From Candidatus Shapirobacteria bacterium (lineage in GTDB: Bacteria > Patescibacteriota > Microgenomatia > UBA12405 > BS750m-G30), in assembly GCA_043817235.1 (NCBI GenBank), contig JBDRHA010000008.1:112-64111 (forward strand): a stretch of DNA of 64,000 bases. Reading direction: 5' to 3'. The position numbers and the translations under genes were made by a program. This document shows, piece after piece, positions 46,995 to 55,402 of the stretch; the stretch's first letter is position 1, and every line of letters starts with the position of its first letter. The notes beneath the pieces are model-generated. The model was not told the DNA's origin. It saw only the letters and a list, made by a program, of their open reading frames with translations, and searched no databases.

Positions 46995-47801
46995 AAAATA
47001 CCGAGCATAATCTGCTATGGTTCTAACACTATCCGGAATTTCAATTTTCTTTACGGGCAACATTTTTTCATCAAGATTAATATTTTCTTTTTTAAAAACC
47101 GCCACATCTATGTGGGCCAAATACTGATGGTTTTTTGTAGTTACGTACTTACTCTCTCCATGTTTAGAATTCAAAACAAACTCATAAGCCGATAGCCCAC
47201 CAGCAAATCCGCCATCTGATCTAATTTTAAATACTTTTAAAGTCAGATCATCAAAGAATTTAATAAAAATGTCTGATATTTTCTTGTACTCTTTTTGAAA
47301 ACTGGACTCGTCAGCGTGAAAGGAATAGGAGTCCATCATGGTAAATTCTTTCAGCCTTAGTAGCCCACGAGTATGATATTCATTCCTAAACTTCTTTCCA
47401 AACTGGAAAAAATTAACTGGTAAATCGTTACGAGCAATATTGTAATTTCTAATTAAATTTAAATACATCTCTTCCGGAGAAGCTGCCAAATTATATCTAG
47501 AACCACCACGATCAATTAAATTAGTTACAAAAAAATCCCCTAAATAATTACGCCTACTTTCCTCCCAAAGATTATTTGAATGAAAAAGAGGAAGCATGGT
47601 TTCTTGTGCTCCAATTTTCCACATATATTCCCCCAATAACCTAGTTACATTATGGAACACAATCATGCCGAGAGGCAAAAAATAATACCTTCCGTTTCTA
47701 TATTTTTGTATAAAACAGCCATTTCTCAAAAACTTTTCAACTGATCCTAACGAAGATTTACTTTTTTTATTAGTTTTAAAAAATATTTTTGATAGCCTCA
47801 T
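46914..47801 (-). pseudogene. Bacterial-type proline--tRNA ligase N-terminal fragment (truncated after motif 2)
   Basis: 295 aa; LPVNFFQFGKKFRNEYHTRGLLRLKEFTMMDSYSFHADESS aligns with bacterial ProRS motif 2 region; lacks motif 3 and anticodon-binding domain; overlaps the truncated carbamoyltransferase by 81 nt. Confidence 0.6.
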
Positions 47802-47924
47802 TGATTTTACTTAATTCTATCATAGCTTTTAGTAATTATTTGGCCTTTAATGAAACATCTATGCCTTCGGCAATCTTGTCGAGATAGCTATAATTGAGAT
47901 TAATCACGCTGGTTATGAAATCTC

Positions 47925-48022
47925 TTTTTTATACTGTCTCACTTGTCTCACTTAGCCTCGAAATGATACACTAGAAATACTGAGTTATGAGGATAGAAAG
48001 GTCCTAGACCGGTATGCTCAGC
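47925..48022 (+). repeat. Bipartite conserved element, copy B
   Basis: ttttttatactgtctcacttgtctcac ... gagttatgaggatagaaaggtcctagaccggtatgctcagc; see copy A at 38397-38526. Confidence 0.45.
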
Positions 48023-48135
48023 TGAAAAGAAATATCTGCCTTTCATAAATTCTGCCCATAAGGAGGTGAATTAACATAGCAAAAAAACAAGAAAGCTCTC
48101 TGCCTAGAGAACAAATTATCAGTACTATTCTAGGA

Positions 48136-48636
48136 ATGGTGGTCGTAATCATTGTGGGCACTTTGGTTTATCGGTATTTTCAAAAGAATCAAGAGCAAGA
48201 ATCCATTACATCCGAAGATGCTAGCGAGCAAGAAGAGACAAGTTCGCCCGCATTAGAAAATTTACCCGCTACTTATACGGTCATAGCCGGAGACAATCTC
48301 TGGGAAATAGCGGAAAACTATTATCATTCAGGCTATAATTGGGTAGATATTGCAGAAGAAAACAGCTTAGCAAATCCCAATGGGCTGGAGATCGGACAGG
48401 AACTAATTATTCCAGATGTAGACCCCCGCCAGGTTACGGTAACTGCGGTTGCCGCCGGAGAAACGATTAGTCAAGGAACTTATACAGTTCAGGAAGGAGA
48501 TTGGCTGAGCAAGATTGCCCTGCGTGCTTATGGCGATATGTTTGCTTGGGAAAAAATTTATGAGGCAAACAAAAATACTATCGGACCCAATCCTAATCTA
48601 GTAGAGCCAGGTCAAGTCTTGACTATTCCGGAATAA
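48136..48636 (+). CDS. LysM-domain protein (two LysM repeats)
   Basis: 166 aa from the ATG; two LysM motifs (YTVIAGDNLWEIAENYY..., YTVQEGDWLSKIALRAYG...); frame open upstream to 48070 with strong SD aaggaggtg at 48060-48068, so a non-ATG start near 48076 is possible. Confidence 0.75.
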   Translation: MVVVIIVGTLVYRYFQKNQEQESITSEDASEQEETSSPALENLPATYTVIAGDNLWEIAENYYHSGYNWVDIAEENSLANPNGLEIGQELIIPDVDPRQVTVTAVAAGETISQGTYTVQEGDWLSKIALRAYGDMFAWEKIYEANKNTIGPNPNLVEPGQVLTIPE

Positions 48637-48654
48637 AATTAGAGAATATTTGGC

Positions 48655-48725
48655 GCGGGTGTGGTTCAGTGGTAGAATAGCTCCTTCCCAAGGAGCAGAC
48701 GGCAGTTCAATTCTGCTCACCCGCT
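48655..48725 (+). tRNA. tRNA-Gly (anticodon CCC), no encoded CCA
   Basis: gcgggtg-tg-gttc...gctcc-ttcccaa-ggagc-agac-ggcag-ttcaatt-ctgct-cacccgc-t; followed by GC-rich hairpins. Confidence 0.8.
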
Positions 48726-48860
48726 CATCTCGCCCACGGGGCGGATGAGCGAGGCTCGCCAAAGGCGGCCCGCTCCTTGAGTTTAAATGAAGGCTAGCAC
48801 TTATATTCTCCAAAGAGTGAGTATTTTTAAAAAAAAGTTGGCCATAAAATCACACTTAAT

Positions 48861-48883
48861 TCTGGCTTGAACCAGATTTTTTT
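48861..48883 (+). terminator. Putative rho-independent terminator
   Basis: tctgg-cttgaa-ccaga hairpin followed by ttttttt; downstream of LysM/tRNA-Gly transcription unit. Confidence 0.4.
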
Positions 48884-48939
48884 GTTTTTAGGAGTTAGCC
48901 TGGAAGTGGAAAATACTGGTAACGAGAGTCGAACCTAAA

Positions 48940-49737
48940 TCAATCTTTTTTCAATGTAGCGGATATTCTCCTTGCGAACCTAAGTAGTCTCTCTTGATAA
49001 TTCTTGTTTAACTTAAATATTTTAATAAAAAGTTCAAGACCTTCTCCCATATATTTAATTGAAGTTATTCCGGATTCCATTACATAACCTGGGACAGGAC
49101 CGCCTTTAAACATAAATAGCTTATTTGCATGATCAATGCCTGCAAAATATTCATTCAAACTATTAATATCTGAGTGCTCAAGAGAAGATGCTAGATTATA
49201 TATAAAGTCGTAGTCCCACTTTAAGCCAACGTCTTCTGCCATTTTCCATATCTTTTTACCAGACCAACTATATTTATCTGAAAACCTTCTTTCAATCTTC
49301 TTGTATGAGGAGTTAATTTCTTTCTCGTCAGTTAAAACTTTTAAAAAATGGCTTTTTTGTTCCGGGTATTTCTGCGCTATATCTAAAAATCTCTTTCTTA
49401 AAACCGTGTTGTAATGAATGAATCTTTTGGCCCTAGTCTTTGGCTTAGATTCAATTATCCATTTACAACTAATTAAATTATTCAACATACTTCGAACAAC
49501 AATCATTGCATCCATTCCATAGCTCTTTTTAACAAGTTCCAAAACTGCTTTGGTTGACGTATATAACTTAGTTACCTGTAAAAACAGCAGCGTTTTACCA
49601 TAGTCTTTCTTCCCAATCATAATTGAAGGCTCGTTCATTACTTCATCAGCGAATCTATTTATCCAATTAAGATGCCTTACGATTATCTTATGTTGATTTT
49701 TATCCATGCATCCCCGAAGGGCGATCCCTGTGGCCAA
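48940..49737 (-). CDS. Hypothetical alpha-helical protein
   Basis: 265-aa ORF (start probably at internal MDKNQHK); no recognisable motif. Confidence 0.3.
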   Translation of the reverse strand: MATGIALRGCMDKNQHKIIVRHLNWINRFADEVMNEPSIMIGKKDYGKTLLFLQVTKLYTSTKAVLELVKKSYGMDAMIVVRSMLNNLISCKWIIESKPKTRAKRFIHYNTVLRKRFLDIAQKYPEQKSHFLKVLTDEKEINSSYKKIERRFSDKYSWSGKKIWKMAEDVGLKWDYDFIYNLASSLEHSDINSLNEYFAGIDHANKLFMFKGGPVPGYVMESGITSIKYMGEGLELFIKIFKLNKNYQERLLRFARRISATLKKD

Positions 49738-49825
49738 GATGGATCATTTTCGTGTCATCGGTTTTCTAATGTTAAGCCAACTTCGCAATAGAAATCACCC
49801 GGTAAATTGAGTATACCACTGAAAA

Positions 49826-50341
49826 TTATTTCTTGACTTCATATCGAAGTTCAACAATTCCGTCAGTTATTTTTTCAGCACCAATAAATTCTAGCTTGAG
49901 TTCAAAATCATCGGGTTGAAAAACCGGAATGCCATTTCCCAAAATCGACGGATTAACATCAAGGATAACTTCGTCGATAAGATCTCTTTTGGCAAACTCG
50001 CTGTTAATTGTTGCTCCACCCGTGATTATGGCTTCTTTAAATCCAGTCCTCTCTAAGATTTCCAAAGCTTCTTCTGGGGAATGTGCTAACTCAAATCCTT
50101 CTTTCAGATCAATATTTGATCTAGAAATAATAATCTTTTTTGTTTTTTCTAAATCTTTTAAATAATTCCCGTCCCATTTGCTTACAGCCTCATATGTTTT
50201 TCTGCCCCACATAAAACACCCAATCCGTTTCGCTAACTTTACAAATTGAATCCAGTTCGTATGTGAAAGAAAATCCTCACTGCCAGTTTTTGAAGCAATA
50301 ATTCCATTTGCAGAAATGGCCATTGTAAGAATAACCTTCAT
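49826..50341 (-). CDS. Dihydrofolate reductase-like (RibD C-terminal domain) family protein
   Basis: 171 aa; MKVILTMAISANGIIA...ITGGATINSEF pattern of RibD_C/YwjB-like reductases. Confidence 0.65.
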   Translation of the reverse strand: MKVILTMAISANGIIASKTGSEDFLSHTNWIQFVKLAKRIGCFMWGRKTYEAVSKWDGNYLKDLEKTKKIIISRSNIDLKEGFELAHSPEEALEILERTGFKEAIITGGATINSEFAKRDLIDEVILDVNPSILGNGIPVFQPDDFELKLEFIGAEKITDGIVELRYEVKK

Positions 50342-50495
50342 ATCTTGATTTTATCAAAAATCTCCTTAAACAAACAGAAATCAACAGTCTTGATCTGTTT
50401 TTTAAACCTCGTTCAGACTTGGTTGTAGGGTGTGAATTGATATGGTAATCTAGTTTGGGTAGATTCGGACGAAACAATGACACTTTTACCTAACA

Positions 50496-51230
50496 ATGTA
50501 TAAAAAACGATTATCTTTAAAAGAAATTAGCTTTTATACGCTACTTCAAAGCGATCCGAATTTTTCTTACATTCTGTTCCCAAAGAAAATTGAAAATAAT
50601 ATTGGTTACTTTTCACTACTTCAGTCGGGAAATTTACTTGGTAAAGACAAAAAGTTTTATGTTTTAGCAATGCAGTCTATTGCCAAATTCCACCATTTCA
50701 TTAAGACCCAGACAACTTCTTTTATTGAAGATAATAGAGACTATTATGCCCGCTCTTTAGAAAATACTATCAATTACGCTTCTGATCAAAATATTACATT
50801 GCCAGCCCAACAGGTAAGCGAGCTTCAGGTTTCATTGAAACTAATCGAAAATAATTTTCAACTGATACATGATGACTTCTTGCCACAAAACGTGCTTGTT
50901 GATCATGAAGATGTAAAGATTATTGACTGGGAAGATATGCGATATGGCTTTGCAGAACACGATATAGGAAGATTTCTTGGAGACCTACATAGCAATAAGC
51001 CAAGATGGAACAAGAAGTATTACCCTTTAGGTTGGCATAGTTCACTACTCGATGCATATCTAGAACACAGGTTGCAATTAGACTCAGACTATGACATTCA
51101 ATTAGGAAGACGCTTAATTCACTTGGGAGAAATGTGGAATTATTTAGGGCCTATTGAAATGTGTCTAAAGCGAAAACAAATAAAGACAGATTGGTTCTTG
51201 GAAAATTTGAAAGCCCTGGGAAATAGTTGA
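50496..51230 (+). CDS. Aminoglycoside/choline-kinase-like phosphotransferase (APH family)
   Basis: 244 aa; Brenner motif LIHDDFLPQNVLVD and IIDWEDMRYGFAEHD (D-x-x-x-x-N ... D). Confidence 0.6.
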   Translation: MYKKRLSLKEISFYTLLQSDPNFSYILFPKKIENNIGYFSLLQSGNLLGKDKKFYVLAMQSIAKFHHFIKTQTTSFIEDNRDYYARSLENTINYASDQNITLPAQQVSELQVSLKLIENNFQLIHDDFLPQNVLVDHEDVKIIDWEDMRYGFAEHDIGRFLGDLHSNKPRWNKKYYPLGWHSSLLDAYLEHRLQLDSDYDIQLGRRLIHLGEMWNYLGPIEMCLKRKQIKTDWFLENLKALGNS

Positions 51231-51333
51231 TGCGGTTTTTGCTTAAGGTTTGCCAAAATACTTCTTTAATTAGTAAAATAGTGTGTCTTTTGATATCAAC
51301 ATGACTATAGGATGTTGGAGTTATTAAAAACTT

Positions 51334-53286
51334 TTAAAGAGCATACAATCTAGCTTCTATCCCGTTAGAAACAATTCTTGCCCTCTTTAATGGCGCCAGC
51401 TTCTGAAAATTTAAATTGTCTAGGCCGCTCTCTGGGTCTCTTGGGAATAAGCAAAGGAGACCTTTTTCAGCGCACAGTGTCTGAATATGTCCATCTTCCT
51501 CTAAAGCGTTCGCAGAACAAATCACCACTGCTCCTTTTTGCGGTAGGCTGCGAATATCTCCTTCTGAAGAAAACATAAAATTAGTCTCAAAAATAACAAG
51601 TCCTTTCTTGCAACGATTGTCTGAAGCTTTATCTAAGACTGATAGCTGAAAATCACCAACCCCCACTCCGGTGCCTGAAAATAAAACAGGTTTATCCGGA
51701 AATTTAACTTCGCAAGCTTGACAGAATGAGTCTTCTGGCAATTGCCTGACTTGGACTATACTCAATCCTAGATATTTATCTTGGGCAAATTCAATTTGAA
51801 CTGGACCTCCCCAAACTCTTTCCAAAATAGCAGAAATTCTGCTAACCCTAACAAGCAGGAATGGGTCCACTTTATTTCGATCGGGCAAGAAGTGAAATAT
51901 ATCTCTAAAAATAGGGTTAAGGCTATATCTCAAACCGAAAAAAAAGTCATTCTCGTCTCTTCTAGTATAATTTCGGCTTGTTCCGGTTACTATCTCCATT
52001 AGATTTGGAACTCCAGGAGTTACGGAATTTGCATATCCTTTTCTGGGTCTTTCGCAACTGTCATTCTTCTCAATATCCTCAGCAACATACTTTTGAACAA
52101 TAAGACCCATTTCTTCTGTGGAAATTCCATTTTCGGCACGATAATCCTTTGCCTTTTGACTTTTAACTGATTTATATACTTTTATTGCTGCTTGCTTAAA
52201 ATCTTCAAAAGTAGAACCGGCATGCACTACAACTGACTCATAAATTCCAGCTCCCGTTACTTTTTTTCCGTCTTCAGAACAAACAGCGCTGCTCCTTACA
52301 ATGTAATCAGCCGAAACCATGTTATCAGAAGATAAGCCTCTTCTCTTTGTCAAATTATTCGCCCAATTAAAAATCAAGCGTAATTGTTCATCAATATCTT
52401 TGCCTTCTTTCCAATTCTGGAAAACATAGACAGGCACAAGTCTAAAATCCGGCACACAAAACATTAATTCTAAAACATCACCTCCCATGTACTCTTTAAT
52501 CGACTCTACTAAATCATTAGCCATAACTAAATTAGCCGCTTTAGCCCCAAATTGCTCACGCAACTCGTCAAAAATTTTTTGGTCAATAGCTGGTAATTGT
52601 TCAAGTCTTAGTTCAAGCTGATATCTCCTTATCCCAGCTTCTGCTATTCTAGCAGCCCTTTGGATCCCGAAGGAACTGTAAACATAGTCACCTGAAATAA
52701 GCTCAACATCCACCAAATGGCTAACTAGATTCTCCCAGCTTTGCTCTACTAGCACCGATTCAATCTTGGAGCGAAACGAGAAAGAGAATTTATTAACATG
52801 CTCTAGCAATTTATGCCGAAGAGCTGTTGCTAAACGCGCCCTTTCCCTTAAATTCGGCTCAGACTGAACTTGAGTAACAAGCTCAGCTATTCGTCTTTCA
52901 TCTATTCTCACTTGAATATTATCGTAATACTCACGGGCAAGTTTATTCGGGTCTGGTTTTTCAGTATACAGCGACATACCGCCTAAATAATGAATGTGCT
53001 CAATAGTGGTGACTATTTCCAAAGCATGTTTTAGGCCAACCCGAATTTCTTCAGTATCTGCACTTTCCAAAGCTTGGTCAGCAATTAATTGCTCGAAATC
53101 TGCTTTTATATCCCAAGAACGAACCTGTAGCCGCCTAATACGATCATGAGGCAGATCCAGTAAACAGCTAATTGTTACCTCGAGCGAATCCAGAGAAGGA
53201 TCAGCCATTTGCCGATAAAAATTAAATAAATCACTGCTGGATTCCCAATTACTTAGAAAAAATTCTTTCTTTAATTCCGTACTCAT
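51334..53286 (-). CDS. PPDK_N-type ATP-grasp domain protein (PEP-synthase/rifampin-phosphotransferase-like N-terminal domain), function unknown
   Basis: 650 aa; FGAKAANLVMAND matches the G-x-K-a-a-N-L nucleotide-binding motif of PpsA/PPDK N-domain; no GGxTSHAAI phosphohistidine motif found; visibly higher GC than neighbours. Confidence 0.4.
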   Translation of the reverse strand: MSTELKKEFFLSNWESSSDLFNFYRQMADPSLDSLEVTISCLLDLPHDRIRRLQVRSWDIKADFEQLIADQALESADTEEIRVGLKHALEIVTTIEHIHYLGGMSLYTEKPDPNKLAREYYDNIQVRIDERRIAELVTQVQSEPNLRERARLATALRHKLLEHVNKFSFSFRSKIESVLVEQSWENLVSHLVDVELISGDYVYSSFGIQRAARIAEAGIRRYQLELRLEQLPAIDQKIFDELREQFGAKAANLVMANDLVESIKEYMGGDVLELMFCVPDFRLVPVYVFQNWKEGKDIDEQLRLIFNWANNLTKRRGLSSDNMVSADYIVRSSAVCSEDGKKVTGAGIYESVVVHAGSTFEDFKQAAIKVYKSVKSQKAKDYRAENGISTEEMGLIVQKYVAEDIEKNDSCERPRKGYANSVTPGVPNLMEIVTGTSRNYTRRDENDFFFGLRYSLNPIFRDIFHFLPDRNKVDPFLLVRVSRISAILERVWGGPVQIEFAQDKYLGLSIVQVRQLPEDSFCQACEVKFPDKPVLFSGTGVGVGDFQLSVLDKASDNRCKKGLVIFETNFMFSSEGDIRSLPQKGAVVICSANALEEDGHIQTLCAEKGLLCLFPRDPESGLDNLNFQKLAPLKRARIVSNGIEARLYAL

Positions 53287-53408
53287 GATTTAATATATTA
53301 ACGCAAATTATACTATAAGATTATTATCATATTAAAGCTATGGAATTTAAAATATTCTATAATTGTTTGCTAAAAGGATTTATTCCTTAGTAAAATAAGA
53401 TACCACTT

Positions 53409-53482
53409 GCCGGAGTAGCTCAGTTGGCTAGAGCACCCCACTCGTAACGGGGAGGTCGTGGGTTCAACTCCCACCTCTGGCT
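53409..53482 (+). tRNA. tRNA-Thr (anticodon CGT), no encoded CCA
   Basis: gccggag-ta-gctc-agttggcta-gagc...ctcgtaa anticodon loop...ggtc-gtggg-ttcaact-cccac-ctctggc-t. Confidence 0.8.
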
Positions 53483-53527
53483 CAATTTGCATTTTACCCT
53501 TTTGTTTTTTAAAATCATATACATTTA

Positions 53528-54262
53528 ATGAACAATAGATATTCGGGAAGAAGGTTTTCTGTTTCCAAAAATAATCTTAAAGATAAAAATAGCCAGCGGT
53601 TAGCTATTTTATTGGGCCTGACAACAGTATTGATTATTGTTGGCATTTTGCTCGGCGGCATTCCCCTTTTAATGGGCCTGGCCAACTTATTGGGCAACAT
53701 CAATAACAGTGATCAGGAAATCACTCAAGAAGATACGGTTCCTCCCGTCCCGCCCACATTTTTTGCCGTCACCGAAGCTACTAATAGCGCGATCCTAAAG
53801 CTAAGTGGCTCAAGTGAGCCCGAATCCAAAGTTGAAATCTATCTGAATAATAATCTTCTTCTTGCCACTCAGGCTGACGAGCAAGGCTTATTTAGCGTAG
53901 AAAAAGTAACTCTAGAAAAAGGAACAAACACCTTAACCGCCAAAGCCCTTGACGCTTCTGAAAATCAAAGCCAAAATTCCGAGGAAGCAAAAATTGTTTT
54001 TGATGATCAGCCGCCGCAGCTGGAAATTACTGCTCCGGAAGACAAAAGCACAGTTTATAGCCAAACAGTGGAAGTCAAAGGAATATCCGAGTCGGAAAAT
54101 ATTAAAATTACGGTAAATGACCGACTAGTTGTGATTGAAAAAGAGGGAGAGTTTACCTATCCTTATGAGCTAAGCCAGGGAGAGAATAAAATTACGGTTG
54201 TTGCCGAAGACCTGGCCGGAAACCAAACTGAAAAAGAGCTAACCGTCAACTACCAGCCCTAA
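53528..54262 (+). CDS. Membrane-anchored surface protein with Ig-like beta-sandwich repeats
   Basis: 244 aa; N-terminal TM, Pro-rich linker, two beta-rich repeats (KVEIYLNNN..., ENIKITVNDR...). Confidence 0.35.
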   Translation: MNNRYSGRRFSVSKNNLKDKNSQRLAILLGLTTVLIIVGILLGGIPLLMGLANLLGNINNSDQEITQEDTVPPVPPTFFAVTEATNSAILKLSGSSEPESKVEIYLNNNLLLATQADEQGLFSVEKVTLEKGTNTLTAKALDASENQSQNSEEAKIVFDDQPPQLEITAPEDKSTVYSQTVEVKGISESENIKITVNDRLVVIEKEGEFTYPYELSQGENKITVVAEDLAGNQTEKELTVNYQP

Positions 54263-55402
54263 AATAATCCAAAATTCTACTATTGCCCACGGGTAAAAAA
54301 GGGAATTATTAAAAAAACTGCTAATAATCCAGGAAACAAGGATAGCGCTTATTAGTAAATTTCTTTTTTTAATAACTTTTATCCAAAAATAAGAAAAAGC
54401 GGCAAAGCCCAGAACCCCGGTGGTCGCCAAAACAAAAAGTAAAGAATTATCAACGCCGGTTGACCCGTGGTCTTCTTGACTCTTGCTTTCCAAATAACCC
54501 GCTTCTTGCTGAGCAAAACGATAATTATTAAAACCCACGCCCAATAGAGGGTTTTTCTTAATAATTTGGAAAGAGTTTTTCCAGCTTTCTACCCTGGAAA
54601 ACCAGCTATCCTGCCTTTCCAATTTAGTGCCAATCCCTTCTTTACGAGGTAAAAAAAGCAAAGCCAAAACCAATAAAGAAACTGAGATTATAAATATCTT
54701 CCCGTTCTTTTTTACTAAAGCAATAAGCCCGATTGCTCCCAAAAAGGCCAAATAAGTGCTTCGGCTATAAGTTAATATTAAAGCCAAAAAAATAGGAGCA
54801 ATCCAAAAAATTATAATCTTTAAATCAAGCTTCGCTATTTTTTTCCAAAACAGAACCAGTATAAGAATTAAAGACCAAGCATAGATTAAGCCAGTAAAAC
54901 CCGGGTCAAAATAAGTTCCCACTATCCTGTATAAATGAGGATCCCAGCCAAATAGCTCCCATGAGCGAAAATCCGGGTAAACAAAATACTGAATTAATCC
55001 CATTACTGCCGTAATCCAACCTATTGTCAAAAGCAGTTTTAGCAGTTTATTTTTATTTTCTTTAGATAAATAAACAGCAGACAAGAAAATAAACAAATAA
55101 GCTAAATAGCGAACTAGATATAGGCTGCCCAAAATTGAATTTTTCACTCCCCAGCGACCAAGGTTTATCAGCAGAGAGGCAAAGCAAATAACTAGAAAAG
55201 GCAAAAAAATTTTAAAAATAGGAGAGTTGATTAATTTTCTAAAGCCTTGTTTTTTTAGTAAAACAAAGCTAAGGACTAAGATAAGCAAGTCATGAGCATA
55301 GATATGAACAAATGGCCAGCTTATTGGCAAGCGAGTCCACTGACCTAAAGGAAAAATCGCCAAAATAGCAATAAGAAGTAAGTTAATTTTTTTCATTGGC
55401 AA
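54239..55402 (-). CDS. O-antigen ligase/polymerase-like (Wzy_C family) membrane protein
   Basis: 387 aa, ~10 TM; periplasmic loop with YSRSTYLAFLGAIGL and HGSTGVDNSLLFVLATTGVLG resembling the O-antigen ligase motif. Confidence 0.55.
   Translation of the reverse strand: MPMKKINLLLIAILAIFPLGQWTRLPISWPFVHIYAHDLLILVLSFVLLKKQGFRKLINSPIFKIFLPFLVICFASLLINLGRWGVKNSILGSLYLVRYLAYLFIFLSAVYLSKENKNKLLKLLLTIGWITAVMGLIQYFVYPDFRSWELFGWDPHLYRIVGTYFDPGFTGLIYAWSLILILVLFWKKIAKLDLKIIIFWIAPIFLALILTYSRSTYLAFLGAIGLIALVKKNGKIFIISVSLLVLALLFLPRKEGIGTKLERQDSWFSRVESWKNSFQIIKKNPLLGVGFNNYRFAQQEAGYLESKSQEDHGSTGVDNSLLFVLATTGVLGFAAFSYFWIKVIKKRNLLISAILVSWIISSFFNNSLFYPWAIVEFWIILGLVVDG

Noticed and set aside
48917-48936. tggtaacgagagtcgaacc, reverse complement ggttcgactctcgttacca, resembling a tRNA T-loop plus 3' CCA end
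   Set aside because: Upstream sequence does not supply a complementary T-stem or acceptor strand, and it matches none of the tRNAs in the window; likely chance resemblance, not a tRNA or att remnant.
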